64,000 bases of DNA from an uncultured Planctomycetales bacterium (GTDB lineage: Bacteria > Omnitrophota > Gorgyraeia > Gygaellales > Profunditerraquicolaceae). Under the pieces are notes generated by a model. It had not been told where the DNA came from. It was given only the letters and a program-made list of their open reading frames with translations, and did no database searches. Below are positions 28,312 through 37,326 of the stretch, in pieces. The position numbers and the translations under genes are program-made. The stretch is taken from the NCBI GenBank assembly GCA_964645795.1, contig CAZYCL010000005.1, positions 26,006 through 90,005 of the forward strand, read 5' to 3'. Every line of letters starts with the position of its first letter. Position 1 is the first letter of the stretch.

Positions 28312-28941
28312 TTATCTCCCCAGCTCTATCCCGTTCTCTTTAAGGTCTTCTTCCAGCTGCTTGACGCCGGTAAATATGCGTGCCCTTATTTCCAGCGCCC
28401 TGGCGCTTTCCACGAGCTCCGGGCGGTCATCCGTATAAAATACCTGGCGCGCGGTTACTCCGAGCGATTCAAGCACCTTCCTGTAGATTTGCGGGTCTGG
28501 CTTGACCAGACCCATCTCGCACGAAGCAAAGACCCTGTCAAATATGTCAAATACCGGAAAATTATCCCTGATATACTCGTAGTGGAGCAGGTTTACATTG
28601 GAAAGCACCGCTATCTGATACCTTTTTTTAAGACGGGCGGCCAGCTCGCGCACCCGCTTGTTAGTCTCGGTCAAGAAAAAAATCCCGTTCCATATCCGGC
28701 AGAACTCCTCATACCCCAGCTCCATCCCCAGCATATCCTTTACCCTGGAATAGAAGTCCCGGCTGGACACCTTTCCTTCTTCGAAGGACCTGGTTATCTG
28801 AGAATCGAAAAAAAGCTCGTAAATCTCTTCGGCGGACTTTTTGGTGTATACGGATATGCGGCGGCTGGCGATGTTATGGTCGAAATCAAGGAGCACCCTG
28901 CCCAGGTCAAAGACTATCACCCTTATCGCATCTTGAGGCAT
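28312..28941 (-). CDS. HAD-superfamily hydrolase
   Basis: Motif I VIVFDLGRVLLD (DxG), 209 aa. Confidence 0.6.
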   Translation of the reverse strand: MPQDAIRVIVFDLGRVLLDFDHNIASRRISVYTKKSAEEIYELFFDSQITRSFEEGKVSSRDFYSRVKDMLGMELGYEEFCRIWNGIFFLTETNKRVRELAARLKKRYQIAVLSNVNLLHYEYIRDNFPVFDIFDRVFASCEMGLVKPDPQIYRKVLESLGVTARQVFYTDDRPELVESARALEIRARIFTGVKQLEEDLKENGIELGR

Positions 28942-29909
28942 CAGTTCCCCTTTCCCTTGCTCTTCCTGAAAAGGTCAAGGAACCGGTCTTCGTACTCCTT
29001 ATACACATTCCACTTATCAAGCTCAAGCTTAAGCTCATATGCGCGGGTGAGGTCCTTTTTGGATTCCTCGAAGAGTTTTTCGATCTTGTCTTTGACGGAG
29101 ATCGGAAGATGCGTGAGCTGATTAAGCGTGTTCTTGATCTTTTCGATCTCATCTTCTCCGATCGGGCTTGGGCCGCCGGATCCGGTCTTTATGTACTCCA
29201 GGAATTTATCGATCTCCCCTTCCATGGCGTCGGCCTGCTCAAGCAGCTCGTCGAGGTCCAATTGCAGGGAGAACATCTCTTTGAGCTTCGAGAGCACCGC
29301 GCAGGAAGCCTTGGGGTTCTCGATCTGTATCGTGTAAAACGGTATCTCTCCCAAAAGACAGATCCCCTCCAGTCCCTCTTTTTTGGCGTAGCCCAAAAAA
29401 AGCCCGTTCATACCGCTTATCTGGCTCTCCGATATTATGCTGAGGCTGTGTTTTTTCAGTATCTCGGTCAACTGGGCGGACGTAGCGCAGCCCCATACCG
29501 CCGGCTCCTGCGCATGCTCTATGGGTTGGGGCATCGAGGCGATGCCGGCGACCATCTTGATGTTCATGGCTTTTGCCAGCTGGATTATCCTTCTGGAATA
29601 AGCCTCTGCCCGCGAGAGGTCCGGCTGGGCATTGCTGATAAACACTACTATATCGCTCCTGCCGTTCTTGTTCTTGTAAAAATAGAACTTGTTCGACGGC
29701 AACTGCGGCAGCGTCAATAACCCCTCCTTAACCGTACAGCCGGTCAGGTAAAAGAACTCCTCCGAAGGTATCTCGGCGAACTCCTGGGCACCTAACTTTT
29801 CTACTAAAAATACCGCGGCTTTCAACGCCACCTCTCCCATGCCCGGCCAGGCCACGATCAAAACGGCATTCTTTAATCTGGGCTTCTTATAAATTTTTAT
29901 TCCTTCCAT
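28941..29909 (-). CDS. PAC2-family (proteasome-assembly-chaperone-like) protein with a C-terminal coiled coil
   Basis: N-terminus AVLIVAWPGMGEVALKAAVFLVEKLGA fits the PAC2/COG1938 pattern. The C-terminal 100 aa is charged and heptad-like. Confidence 0.4.
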   Translation of the reverse strand: MEGIKIYKKPRLKNAVLIVAWPGMGEVALKAAVFLVEKLGAQEFAEIPSEEFFYLTGCTVKEGLLTLPQLPSNKFYFYKNKNGRSDIVVFISNAQPDLSRAEAYSRRIIQLAKAMNIKMVAGIASMPQPIEHAQEPAVWGCATSAQLTEILKKHSLSIISESQISGMNGLFLGYAKKEGLEGICLLGEIPFYTIQIENPKASCAVLSKLKEMFSLQLDLDELLEQADAMEGEIDKFLEYIKTGSGGPSPIGEDEIEKIKNTLNQLTHLPISVKDKIEKLFEESKKDLTRAYELKLELDKWNVYKEYEDRFLDLFRKSKGKGN

Positions 29910-29927
29910 TTCTCTCCTTGAATGCTT

Positions 29928-31055
29928 TTAGATCTTGTAGTTTTTTAGGAATATCTCCAGAGCCAAAGCACCCTTATGAAGGTTGGAGATATTTGCGTAT
30001 TCGTCGGCCATGTGCGCACAGGCATCACAACCAAACCCCGTAGCTATGGCCGGGATATTTTTTTGCTGGAAGAAGGTGATCACCGTAGCCCCTTCCGAAC
30101 CTCTTATCACCGGATGCGCCCCGGCCTGTTTCATCGCCTCAAAAAGCGAACGCACCAAAATATGCTTATCCGTAATTGCGTAAGGCTGCTGGATGCCTTC
30201 GATCTCTACCTGGAAGCTCCTGCTGCAGGCGCAGGCGATGAGTTTTAGCCTTTTGATGATCTCCTGCGCCCTCATCCCGGGCAGGAACCTGAAATCGAGT
30301 TCGAACTCGCACCATCCGGCTACCACATTTACCTTATCTCCACCTCTTATCGTTCCGATGTTCATGGTCGGCGGCCTTAGATACCTGTGTTTGCCTGCGC
30401 GGGGCAGTCCGTGCTCTTTGAGTTTTGCCAGCACGCACACCGCCTGATCGATAGCGTTAGTACCCAGGTGCGGGTATGCCCCGTGCGCTTTTTTTCCCCT
30501 GATCTTGACCTTTAAATGGAGCAGGCCCTTCTGGGATACTATAATACCGAAGTCATCCGCATCTAAAACCAGCGCCTGGCTGGCGCAGATCAAACTTTTT
30601 TCCAAAAGCGGTATGAGCCCCAGAGACGAACCGCTTTCTTCATCTGCGGTAGCGGCAAAGATAAGGTCGTAAGGAAGGCGTACGCCCTTCTCGACTATCC
30701 TGTTTATCGCCTCCATCCCACAGGCAAGATTCCCTTTACAGTCGCTGGCCCCCAGCCCGTAAAGCCTTGCACCGTTCATGCTGGCCTTAAAGGGGTTCTT
30801 CGACCAGTCTCTGCCCGCAGGCACCGTGTCCAAATGGGGAGTCAGCAACAAGGATTCCCGGCTGTTCTTTCCTTTTAATAGCGCGATGATGTTGGTGCGG
30901 TTCTTTTTAAACTCTATTGCGCGCACTTTCAGCCCCAGGCTTTTCAGGTGCCTGGCGACATAATAAGCTATCCGCGCCTCGTTGCCGGGCGGATTCTGGG
31001 AATCTATGGCGATGAGATCGCTGATAAGCCGCTCAAGCCTGTTTCTGTTTTTCAT
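29928..31055 (-). CDS. M20-family metallopeptidase / deacylase (ArgE/DapE-like)
   Basis: IAIDSQNPPGNE, HLDTV, metal ligand pattern, 375 aa. Confidence 0.65.
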   Translation of the reverse strand: MKNRNRLERLISDLIAIDSQNPPGNEARIAYYVARHLKSLGLKVRAIEFKKNRTNIIALLKGKNSRESLLLTPHLDTVPAGRDWSKNPFKASMNGARLYGLGASDCKGNLACGMEAINRIVEKGVRLPYDLIFAATADEESGSSLGLIPLLEKSLICASQALVLDADDFGIIVSQKGLLHLKVKIRGKKAHGAYPHLGTNAIDQAVCVLAKLKEHGLPRAGKHRYLRPPTMNIGTIRGGDKVNVVAGWCEFELDFRFLPGMRAQEIIKRLKLIACACSRSFQVEIEGIQQPYAITDKHILVRSLFEAMKQAGAHPVIRGSEGATVITFFQQKNIPAIATGFGCDACAHMADEYANISNLHKGALALEIFLKNYKI

Positions 31056-31704
31056 GTTCGGGAAAACCTCTCAGCGGGCAATCTTTGCATTTTGGTCTTT
31101 TTTTAAGGCAGTACTCTTTGCCCAATCTAACTAAAAGGGCATGAAACTCGTTGAATAATTTTGCGTCTTTCTTAAGCGAAGTGGTAAATAAATCCTGGAC
31201 CTGGGAATAATCGCTGTCGGCAGCGATCATCCCATGCCTGCCCAATATCCTCTTGGTATAGGCGTCAACTACAAAGACCGGCTTTCCCAGAGCGTAAAGC
31301 AGGATGGAATCCGCAGTCTCCTGGCCTACGCCATTAATCCCCAGCAGCTCTTGCCGCAGCCTTCTTTCTCCGGTCGCTTTCATCCTCCTGATGCTTGCGC
31401 CGTAGCGGTTGAAGAAAAAATCAAGGAAGCTCTTAAGCCTGCGGGCTTTTATATTATAGTAGCCTGCTGACCTGATGAGCGACGCCAGCCTTTTGTGCGA
31501 AAGACCGCGGAGTTTTCTCGCATCCAGGAGGCGCTTCTTTTTCAGGTTATCGAGCGCCTTCTCGACATTAGCCCAGCTTGTGCTCTGAGTAAGTATCGCC
31601 CCGACCATCACCTCGAAATCGGTCTCGGCCGGCCACCAGTGCTGCGGGCCGAAGGCGTTGAATAATCTCCTGTGAAAAGCGCTTAGCACAACGCAGGCAC
31701 TCAT
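31033..31704 (-). CDS. Endonuclease III-like HhH-GPD DNA glycosylase with a [4Fe-4S] loop
   Basis: HhH motif LLGINGVGQETAD...D and C-terminal CKDCPLRG Cys ligands. Confidence 0.6.
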   Translation of the reverse strand: MSACVVLSAFHRRLFNAFGPQHWWPAETDFEVMVGAILTQSTSWANVEKALDNLKKKRLLDARKLRGLSHKRLASLIRSAGYYNIKARRLKSFLDFFFNRYGASIRRMKATGERRLRQELLGINGVGQETADSILLYALGKPVFVVDAYTKRILGRHGMIAADSDYSQVQDLFTTSLKKDAKLFNEFHALLVRLGKEYCLKKRPKCKDCPLRGFPEHEKQKQA

Positions 31705-33638
31705 TCCTTTAGTTCGAGAGGATTATATTTGTAGTAGGCGAATATCGTATAGGCGGTACCCGCGACGGAACCGGTGCTGTGCCCCTTGGGGGTCCTCCAG
31801 CCATGCCCGGTATCTACATTATCAAGCGAGGCATAAGGCAGGCAGCTTTCCCCTTGGCCCGACGGCGAAGGGCTGGAGATAATCATCTTGCCCAGCTCTG
31901 CCAGATACATGTCGGCCTTTAGCTCATAGGTCCTGGCTTTGGCTATCGCTCCCTTCTTGAAATAATACTCGGCCATTATCCTGTATGAGAGGATCATCTG
32001 GGCGGTCCATTCCGGAGAAACTACCCCTCCGCGGCTGGTGTGGCGCTGGGCAGCGAAATCGAAACCTTTGACTGAGACGGTTTGGCCTTGCGGCCGCGCG
32101 TACTTTACTTCTACTGCGCAGTTCTTCTGTGCGAACTCCATGATCCTGTCTGGATTCATGCCTACTTCAAAAAGCTTTTCTGGACCGATGGCAGCTATCG
32201 ACCAGGCATAAGTGTCGGTGGCAATGGTCGAGTCGCCTTTGCCGCGCCTGATAGGCACCTCGCCCTTGGCGTAGGCGTAATTCAGCAGCCAGCTCAACGT
32301 CTTCTCAGCCGCCCCTTTATACATCTCCTTGCCGGTAAGCTTGTAGAGCATCCTAAAGAAGGCGTAGGCATCCAGGTTGTGTTCTGTAGAGTACCAATCT
32401 ATGCCCGGGCCTCCCCGCAGGCCTCCGTCATCATCCTCGCCCTGCAAATACATGACCCCTTGGGCGATCTGCTCGGCCAGCCCGAGATAATTGTTATCCT
32501 GGGTCTTAGAGGTGTACTGCACAATGGCTATCCCCAGCCAGACATTGGGCCCGACGTTAACGACGAACTCCGCAGGAGAGCCGTCATTGGCATAATAGGC
32601 GTTAAAGAATCTGCCGTCCGATCGTTTGGCGCGCCCGGAAAAGAAATCCAGGATCTTTTTGGCACGCTCATAATCTGCAGAATTGGTGTAAGCCTGCAGC
32701 ACCAGTGCCTGGTCATATAAGAACGCCCAATTCTCTACCTCGCTGTCACCCTCAAAGCTTATGACCAGGCCGGTCCTGGGGTTCTGATGGACTCTCAGCC
32801 ACCGGTACATCTTGTCGATATTGGCTTTTTCAAGGCTGGCCTTTTGGCGGTCCAGGCGCAGCAGGTCTTCGGCAATGGCATTTTCCTTGTTCTGGATAAA
32901 CACCAGCTGCTCCTGAAGGGCGCCCTTTTCCTTTGAGATCCTCTCTATCAGAGAGTTCAGTTTGTCGATCTGTACCAGGTTCCCTTTCTTCTCCTGATCT
33001 CGCCTTATCCTTTCCTCTTCGAGTGTGCGTATGCGCATCTCAGCTTCATGGATCTTTAGCTGCAGGTCCTCTCTTTCTTTGGCAGTCTCTTTTATCTTTT
33101 GCTTGGCAACGGTGGAATCCTGCAGGATCTTTACCAGCTGATCAACCAGGGCCTTATTGCCCTTTATCAACTGCATGTTGACGAAGCCGTTCAGGGCCAC
33201 CCCGATCAACAAAAAGGATATGACCGTCATCGTGACCGGGAAGAACAGCTTCCTGGCCCAGGCATAACGCATGATCTGGTTGTTCTGCCCGGCGTCTATC
33301 TCCTCATATTTGAGCCCGACCAAATACTTATTGTTGGCCGCTGGAACTTCTTCCACCCAGGTAACCGCGGTCATCGCCGTGACCGGGACCTTTAGGACCG
33401 GCATCTCCATCTCCAGTCCCAGTTTTACCTGTTTGCTCTTTATGGCCTGAGCTAATTCCTGGTTGAGATTATTTATCGCCAAACATATTCCGCCCCGGCT
33501 GACATTGTTGGTAAAACCCTGCAGCCATCCGGAGATAAATTTCTCGCTGTCGAGGCTCAACACCCTGAATTGGACGGGAAAGACAGAATCCAGGCGCAGG
33601 TAGCGGCGGCGGTTGCGCATGGGATCATTTTTATTCAT
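31701..33638 (-). CDS. PilZ-domain (c-di-GMP receptor) membrane protein fused to a coiled coil and a C-terminal (alpha/alpha)6 glycoside-hydrolase-like domain
   Basis: PilZ motifs RNRRRYLR (RxxxR) and NVSRGGI (D/NxSxxG). One TM helix (TMTVISFLLIGVALNGFV). A heptad-rich segment. The C-terminal ~380 aa is rich in aromatic residues in a six-hairpin-glycosidase-like pattern (WLGIAIVQY, DGGLRGG, TEHNLDAYAFF). Confidence 0.6.
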   Translation of the reverse strand: MNKNDPMRNRRRYLRLDSVFPVQFRVLSLDSEKFISGWLQGFTNNVSRGGICLAINNLNQELAQAIKSKQVKLGLEMEMPVLKVPVTAMTAVTWVEEVPAANNKYLVGLKYEEIDAGQNNQIMRYAWARKLFFPVTMTVISFLLIGVALNGFVNMQLIKGNKALVDQLVKILQDSTVAKQKIKETAKEREDLQLKIHEAEMRIRTLEEERIRRDQEKKGNLVQIDKLNSLIERISKEKGALQEQLVFIQNKENAIAEDLLRLDRQKASLEKANIDKMYRWLRVHQNPRTGLVISFEGDSEVENWAFLYDQALVLQAYTNSADYERAKKILDFFSGRAKRSDGRFFNAYYANDGSPAEFVVNVGPNVWLGIAIVQYTSKTQDNNYLGLAEQIAQGVMYLQGEDDDGGLRGGPGIDWYSTEHNLDAYAFFRMLYKLTGKEMYKGAAEKTLSWLLNYAYAKGEVPIRRGKGDSTIATDTYAWSIAAIGPEKLFEVGMNPDRIMEFAQKNCAVEVKYARPQGQTVSVKGFDFAAQRHTSRGGVVSPEWTAQMILSYRIMAEYYFKKGAIAKARTYELKADMYLAELGKMIISSPSPSGQGESCLPYASLDNVDTGHGWRTPKGHSTGSVAGTAYTIFAYYKYNPLELKE

Positions 33639-36019
33639 CAGCGGCTTTCCTTTTCTATGACCACCCTCTGCTTGATGCCCTTGGCGATCTCGCCGAACGA
33701 TGATTTGAAGCTCTGGTAATCTTCCTGGGGGATGCTTTCTTTAACGACCTGCGTCCTTTCCCTGAACTGGATCACTCGGCTGCCCCGGAGGCGGTAGCCG
33801 GATGAGAAACTAAACCACGGTGTCTTTTTGTCCACGTCTGCCGGGATATATTTTATAACAAAACCGTCCGGTAATGCAATCTCAAATATGGATTCCCTGA
33901 TCTGCGTTGCTCCGAAATCAATGGGGTAGCGGCGCTTATCCTTGGCTATCAGGGATGTATCAAGCCTGCCCAGCTGCGGCATTATCCTTAAATTTCCGGC
34001 AGCCGTAAAGTACTCCGGTCCGCTGAAAGCGTAAGACAAAATTATCGGCAGGTTTAAATCCTTCAGATTGTCTATCCTGTAACCGGCCAACCTTGAACCA
34101 ATGGAAATCTCCTGTATGCGCTCTTTGAGCTTTTCCTGGATAAGCTCCGGCTGGGTATATAGAAGCCAGTAGCGTTGTGCCTGATCGTAAATGCCCCTGG
34201 TGAAGATTTCTCTCTTGGCCTTAATAGTCTCATCGCCTTCCACGGTTATCCTAAGGGTCTGAAGAAGGCTGTTATGGCTGGCGTCTAAACGCGGGGTCTG
34301 GTCTATGCTGTAGCCTGAATCCCTAAAGACCATTACCTGACGGCCCTGGTCATCGCGCGGCAGGTCCTTGAAAGGGCATGTTTCTGCAGTAGGATCCATA
34401 AAAATGACCTGCGGGCCGAGGTCTAGCGCCGCGATGCAGTGGTTGAATATGCTCGAGGCAAACCCCTTGTCCGCATCATAATAATCCCGGGTGGATATCA
34501 GTACCGGATAAGCCTTCAACCCGGCCTCTCTTAACATGGATACCAACAGTATCGCCTGGTCTTTGCAGTCGCCGTACCTGTTCTTGTAGATATCGCTGGC
34601 GCTGTGCGGCTCATGCCCTGCCTGGCCGTACTCTACCGCTACATAACGGATCTTTTGCGCGCAAAAATTATATATGGCGCGCGCTTTTTCCTCCTGGCCT
34701 TTACGGCCACGCACCAGCCTTTTCACCTCGGCTTTAAGGCCCGCATCGCAGGCGATCTTCTCGCGCGCCAATCCCCACCACCAGTCATAAACCTCTTGCC
34801 ACGAAGAAAAGCTGGACACTAGTACCGATGGGTTGACGTGCGAGAACGGGGGCATATTGGCTTCGGGTATGATCTGGGGTATATCCTTGAACTTCCAGCG
34901 ATATACATCTTTATCCCCGCCCCTCGTCATCACCGGGCTCATCTGGGCGTTGAAGTCGTTGTACTCCTGGTTTACGGCTCTGACATGAAGCTTTCTGCCC
35001 TGGGGCAGACTGATGCTCAAATGCGCCTCAACAAGCGGCTCCTGTGACTGCAAAGGGTAGACCAGCGCAAAATCCTTATTGTTGACCAGCCGGCTGCGGT
35101 AGATCTTCAGTTTGTATTCGATGAAGACGCCTTCCGCGACTTCGGGAAAAGATATGATGAAGGCGCGCACATTGCTGTAAAGCGGGAAGTTCAGATATTT
35201 TGAGACGTCGCGGATGTGCCTGGTGCCTACTTCTACGACGCTGCCGTCGCTTTTTATGGTGCGGGCGTACTCCAGCTGGATGCGTTCGTAAGTAGAATCG
35301 TAATCAACCGCGGTCTCGGCAAACTCTTCTTTGCCCCGCTCGTTGATTATCTTGACGATATAGTGAAGGCTGGTGATCTGGGTATTCTGAGGAGTGATTT
35401 CGGTTGCCTCATCGGCGTAGAGCATGATGGCGCCCGCCTGAGGATATTTGTCCTGGGAAGGGCAGGCGCAGATCTTATCGTAAATCTTGCGGTCGATATC
35501 CTTTATATTAACGCAGCCGCTCTTTCTTTCGATCGCCTCGATACGCAAGGCAGCCATTGCGGCCAGGTCCTTATCCTTTATCTTGCGATGAATCTTTACT
35601 GCCTCATCGAAAAGATTGAGCTTCTCACAAGTAAGCGCGTGATAAAAAAGGGCCTGGTCGTCGCCAGCGTCAAACTTACTGAAGAACTCCAGCGCCCGGG
35701 TAAAATCCCCGGACCGGTAATTTGCGATAGCCAGATATCTGTCGCAGCGCGGGTCTTTCGATCTTTCAAACGCCGCTATCGCATCTTCGAAATCGCCGTG
35801 CGAATAGTAAAGCTTGCCCAGCTCAAAGAACAGGGCCTCGTCCTGCGGGGCCGAGGCAATGGATCTTTTATATTCCGCCGCCGCCTCTTTATAATACTGT
35901 TCGGACAATAACGCAAGCCTCTCGGCCTGGCCTGTTTGGCTTGATTGCGAACAACCCGCAAGAAAAATAAAAAAGCAGAGCAGATACAAAGAAATGCTGG
36001 GTTTGATCCTGTTCTTCAT
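33638..36019 (-). CDS. TPR + DUF3857 + transglutaminase-like cysteine protease domain lipoprotein
   Basis: Signal peptide with lipobox (FLAGCSQ), N-terminal TPR-like repeats, and a transglutaminase core YGDCKDQAILLVSMLR with downstream His/Asp. Confidence 0.55.
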   Translation of the reverse strand: MKNRIKPSISLYLLCFFIFLAGCSQSSQTGQAERLALLSEQYYKEAAAEYKRSIASAPQDEALFFELGKLYYSHGDFEDAIAAFERSKDPRCDRYLAIANYRSGDFTRALEFFSKFDAGDDQALFYHALTCEKLNLFDEAVKIHRKIKDKDLAAMAALRIEAIERKSGCVNIKDIDRKIYDKICACPSQDKYPQAGAIMLYADEATEITPQNTQITSLHYIVKIINERGKEEFAETAVDYDSTYERIQLEYARTIKSDGSVVEVGTRHIRDVSKYLNFPLYSNVRAFIISFPEVAEGVFIEYKLKIYRSRLVNNKDFALVYPLQSQEPLVEAHLSISLPQGRKLHVRAVNQEYNDFNAQMSPVMTRGGDKDVYRWKFKDIPQIIPEANMPPFSHVNPSVLVSSFSSWQEVYDWWWGLAREKIACDAGLKAEVKRLVRGRKGQEEKARAIYNFCAQKIRYVAVEYGQAGHEPHSASDIYKNRYGDCKDQAILLVSMLREAGLKAYPVLISTRDYYDADKGFASSIFNHCIAALDLGPQVIFMDPTAETCPFKDLPRDDQGRQVMVFRDSGYSIDQTPRLDASHNSLLQTLRITVEGDETIKAKREIFTRGIYDQAQRYWLLYTQPELIQEKLKERIQEISIGSRLAGYRIDNLKDLNLPIILSYAFSGPEYFTAAGNLRIMPQLGRLDTSLIAKDKRRYPIDFGATQIRESIFEIALPDGFVIKYIPADVDKKTPWFSFSSGYRLRGSRVIQFRERTQVVKESIPQEDYQSFKSSFGEIAKGIKQRVVIEKESR

Positions 36020-36022
36020 CTT

Positions 36023-37129
36023 TTACCGGCCTGTCGTGGAGTTCCGAGCGTAATTATAGTAAGAGTTGCAAGATCCCTCGGATGAGACCATGCATGGGCC
36101 AACCGGGTCTTGCGGCGTACAAGCCTTGCCAAAAAGCGGGCAGGCTTTCGGCAATATCAACCCTTTCAGGACATCGCCGCACCTGCACTTGCGCGGCATG
36201 CCAGCGGTATGGGTCTTAACCGAAGGCAGGAGTCCGGCGGCATCAAAATCGGACAGGCTTCTTTTGATAACAAGTCCGCTGTCGGCAATGACCCCCAGCC
36301 CCCGCCAAAGCGCGGCAGCGGGCTTGAACACCCGATAGATTATCTTTCTTGCGCGGGGGTTGCCGTTTGTTTTGACCAAACGGCTGTACTGGTTTTCCAA
36401 TACGGGCCTTGGTCTGTTTATGCCGCGGATAAGAAGGTAAAGGCCCTGCACGATGTCCAGGGGCTCAAATCCCGCGATACAACAGCTTATGCCGTGCTTT
36501 TTGGGAATAAATGCGTAGGGCCTGGTGCCGATTATCGCCGATACGTGCCCCGGGCAGAGAAACCCATCAAGGGCCAGCCTCTTGTCTTTAAGCAGATGCC
36601 TCAATGCCTGCGGCATGGTCTTTAGCGCACAGAGAAAAAATAGATTTTTTAACTTCTGTTTTCGGGCGGCCAGAATGCTGGCAGCAATGGTTGGGGCGGT
36701 GGTTTCAAATCCTACCGCAAGAAATATGACCCTTTTATCGGGGTTAAGCCTGGCGATCTTAAGGGCATCTATGGGAGAGTAAGCCAGGCGGACATTTCCG
36801 AAATGCGCCCTTTCTTTTTCCAGAGAAGAGCCGCTGCCCGGCACGCCTAACATATCGCCGAAGCTTACGATAAGGTTTTTTTCGTCTCCGGAAAGGGCGA
36901 TGGCTTGGTCAATATAAGACTGGTCGCTTACGCATACGGGGCAACCCGGGCCAGAGATAAGCCGCAGGCTCGCGGGTAAAAGCTTGTCCAGGCCGAACCT
37001 TAAGAAATTGTGAGTATGTGTGCCGCAGACCTCCATTATGCTGACTTGCCGCTTAGGCATCAACGCCTTTATCTTTGAAGCGACCTTCAATACCAGCTCT
37101 TTACTGCGGTACTCATCAACGTATCTCAT
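36023..37129 (-). CDS. hypD: Hydrogenase maturation factor HypD
   Basis: MEVCGTHTH, GPGCPVCV and C-terminal CPLFG...C motifs. Confidence 0.8.
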   Translation of the reverse strand: MRYVDEYRSKELVLKVASKIKALMPKRQVSIMEVCGTHTHNFLRFGLDKLLPASLRLISGPGCPVCVSDQSYIDQAIALSGDEKNLIVSFGDMLGVPGSGSSLEKERAHFGNVRLAYSPIDALKIARLNPDKRVIFLAVGFETTAPTIAASILAARKQKLKNLFFLCALKTMPQALRHLLKDKRLALDGFLCPGHVSAIIGTRPYAFIPKKHGISCCIAGFEPLDIVQGLYLLIRGINRPRPVLENQYSRLVKTNGNPRARKIIYRVFKPAAALWRGLGVIADSGLVIKRSLSDFDAAGLLPSVKTHTAGMPRKCRCGDVLKGLILPKACPLFGKACTPQDPVGPCMVSSEGSCNSYYNYARNSTTGR

Positions 37130-37325
37130 CTATGATCTTAAGGGTATCCTTGGCCCTGCGGGCATCTATCTTTTCAATGGCAAAGCCGGCGTGCACCAGC
37201 ACATAATCTCCCTTCTTCAGCCCGCAGAGAAGCTGAATGTTCACTTTTCTTCTAAGCCCCGAGCTTTCGACGCTGGCAAACTCTTCGCCTATTTCTTTGA
37301 CCTTCATGGGAATACCCAGACACAT
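37116..37325 (-). CDS. hypC: Hydrogenase maturation chaperone HypC
   Basis: 69 aa starting MCLGIP with an essential Cys2; OB-fold size. Confidence 0.75.
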   Translation of the reverse strand: MCLGIPMKVKEIGEEFASVESSGLRRKVNIQLLCGLKKGDYVLVHAGFAIEKIDARRAKDTLKIIDEIR

Positions 37326-37326
37326 A

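Noticed and set aside
27309-28343. 344-aa plus-strand ORF opposite hypE/HAD.
   Set aside because: Low-complexity S/T/P/A-rich shadow frame of well-supported minus-strand genes.
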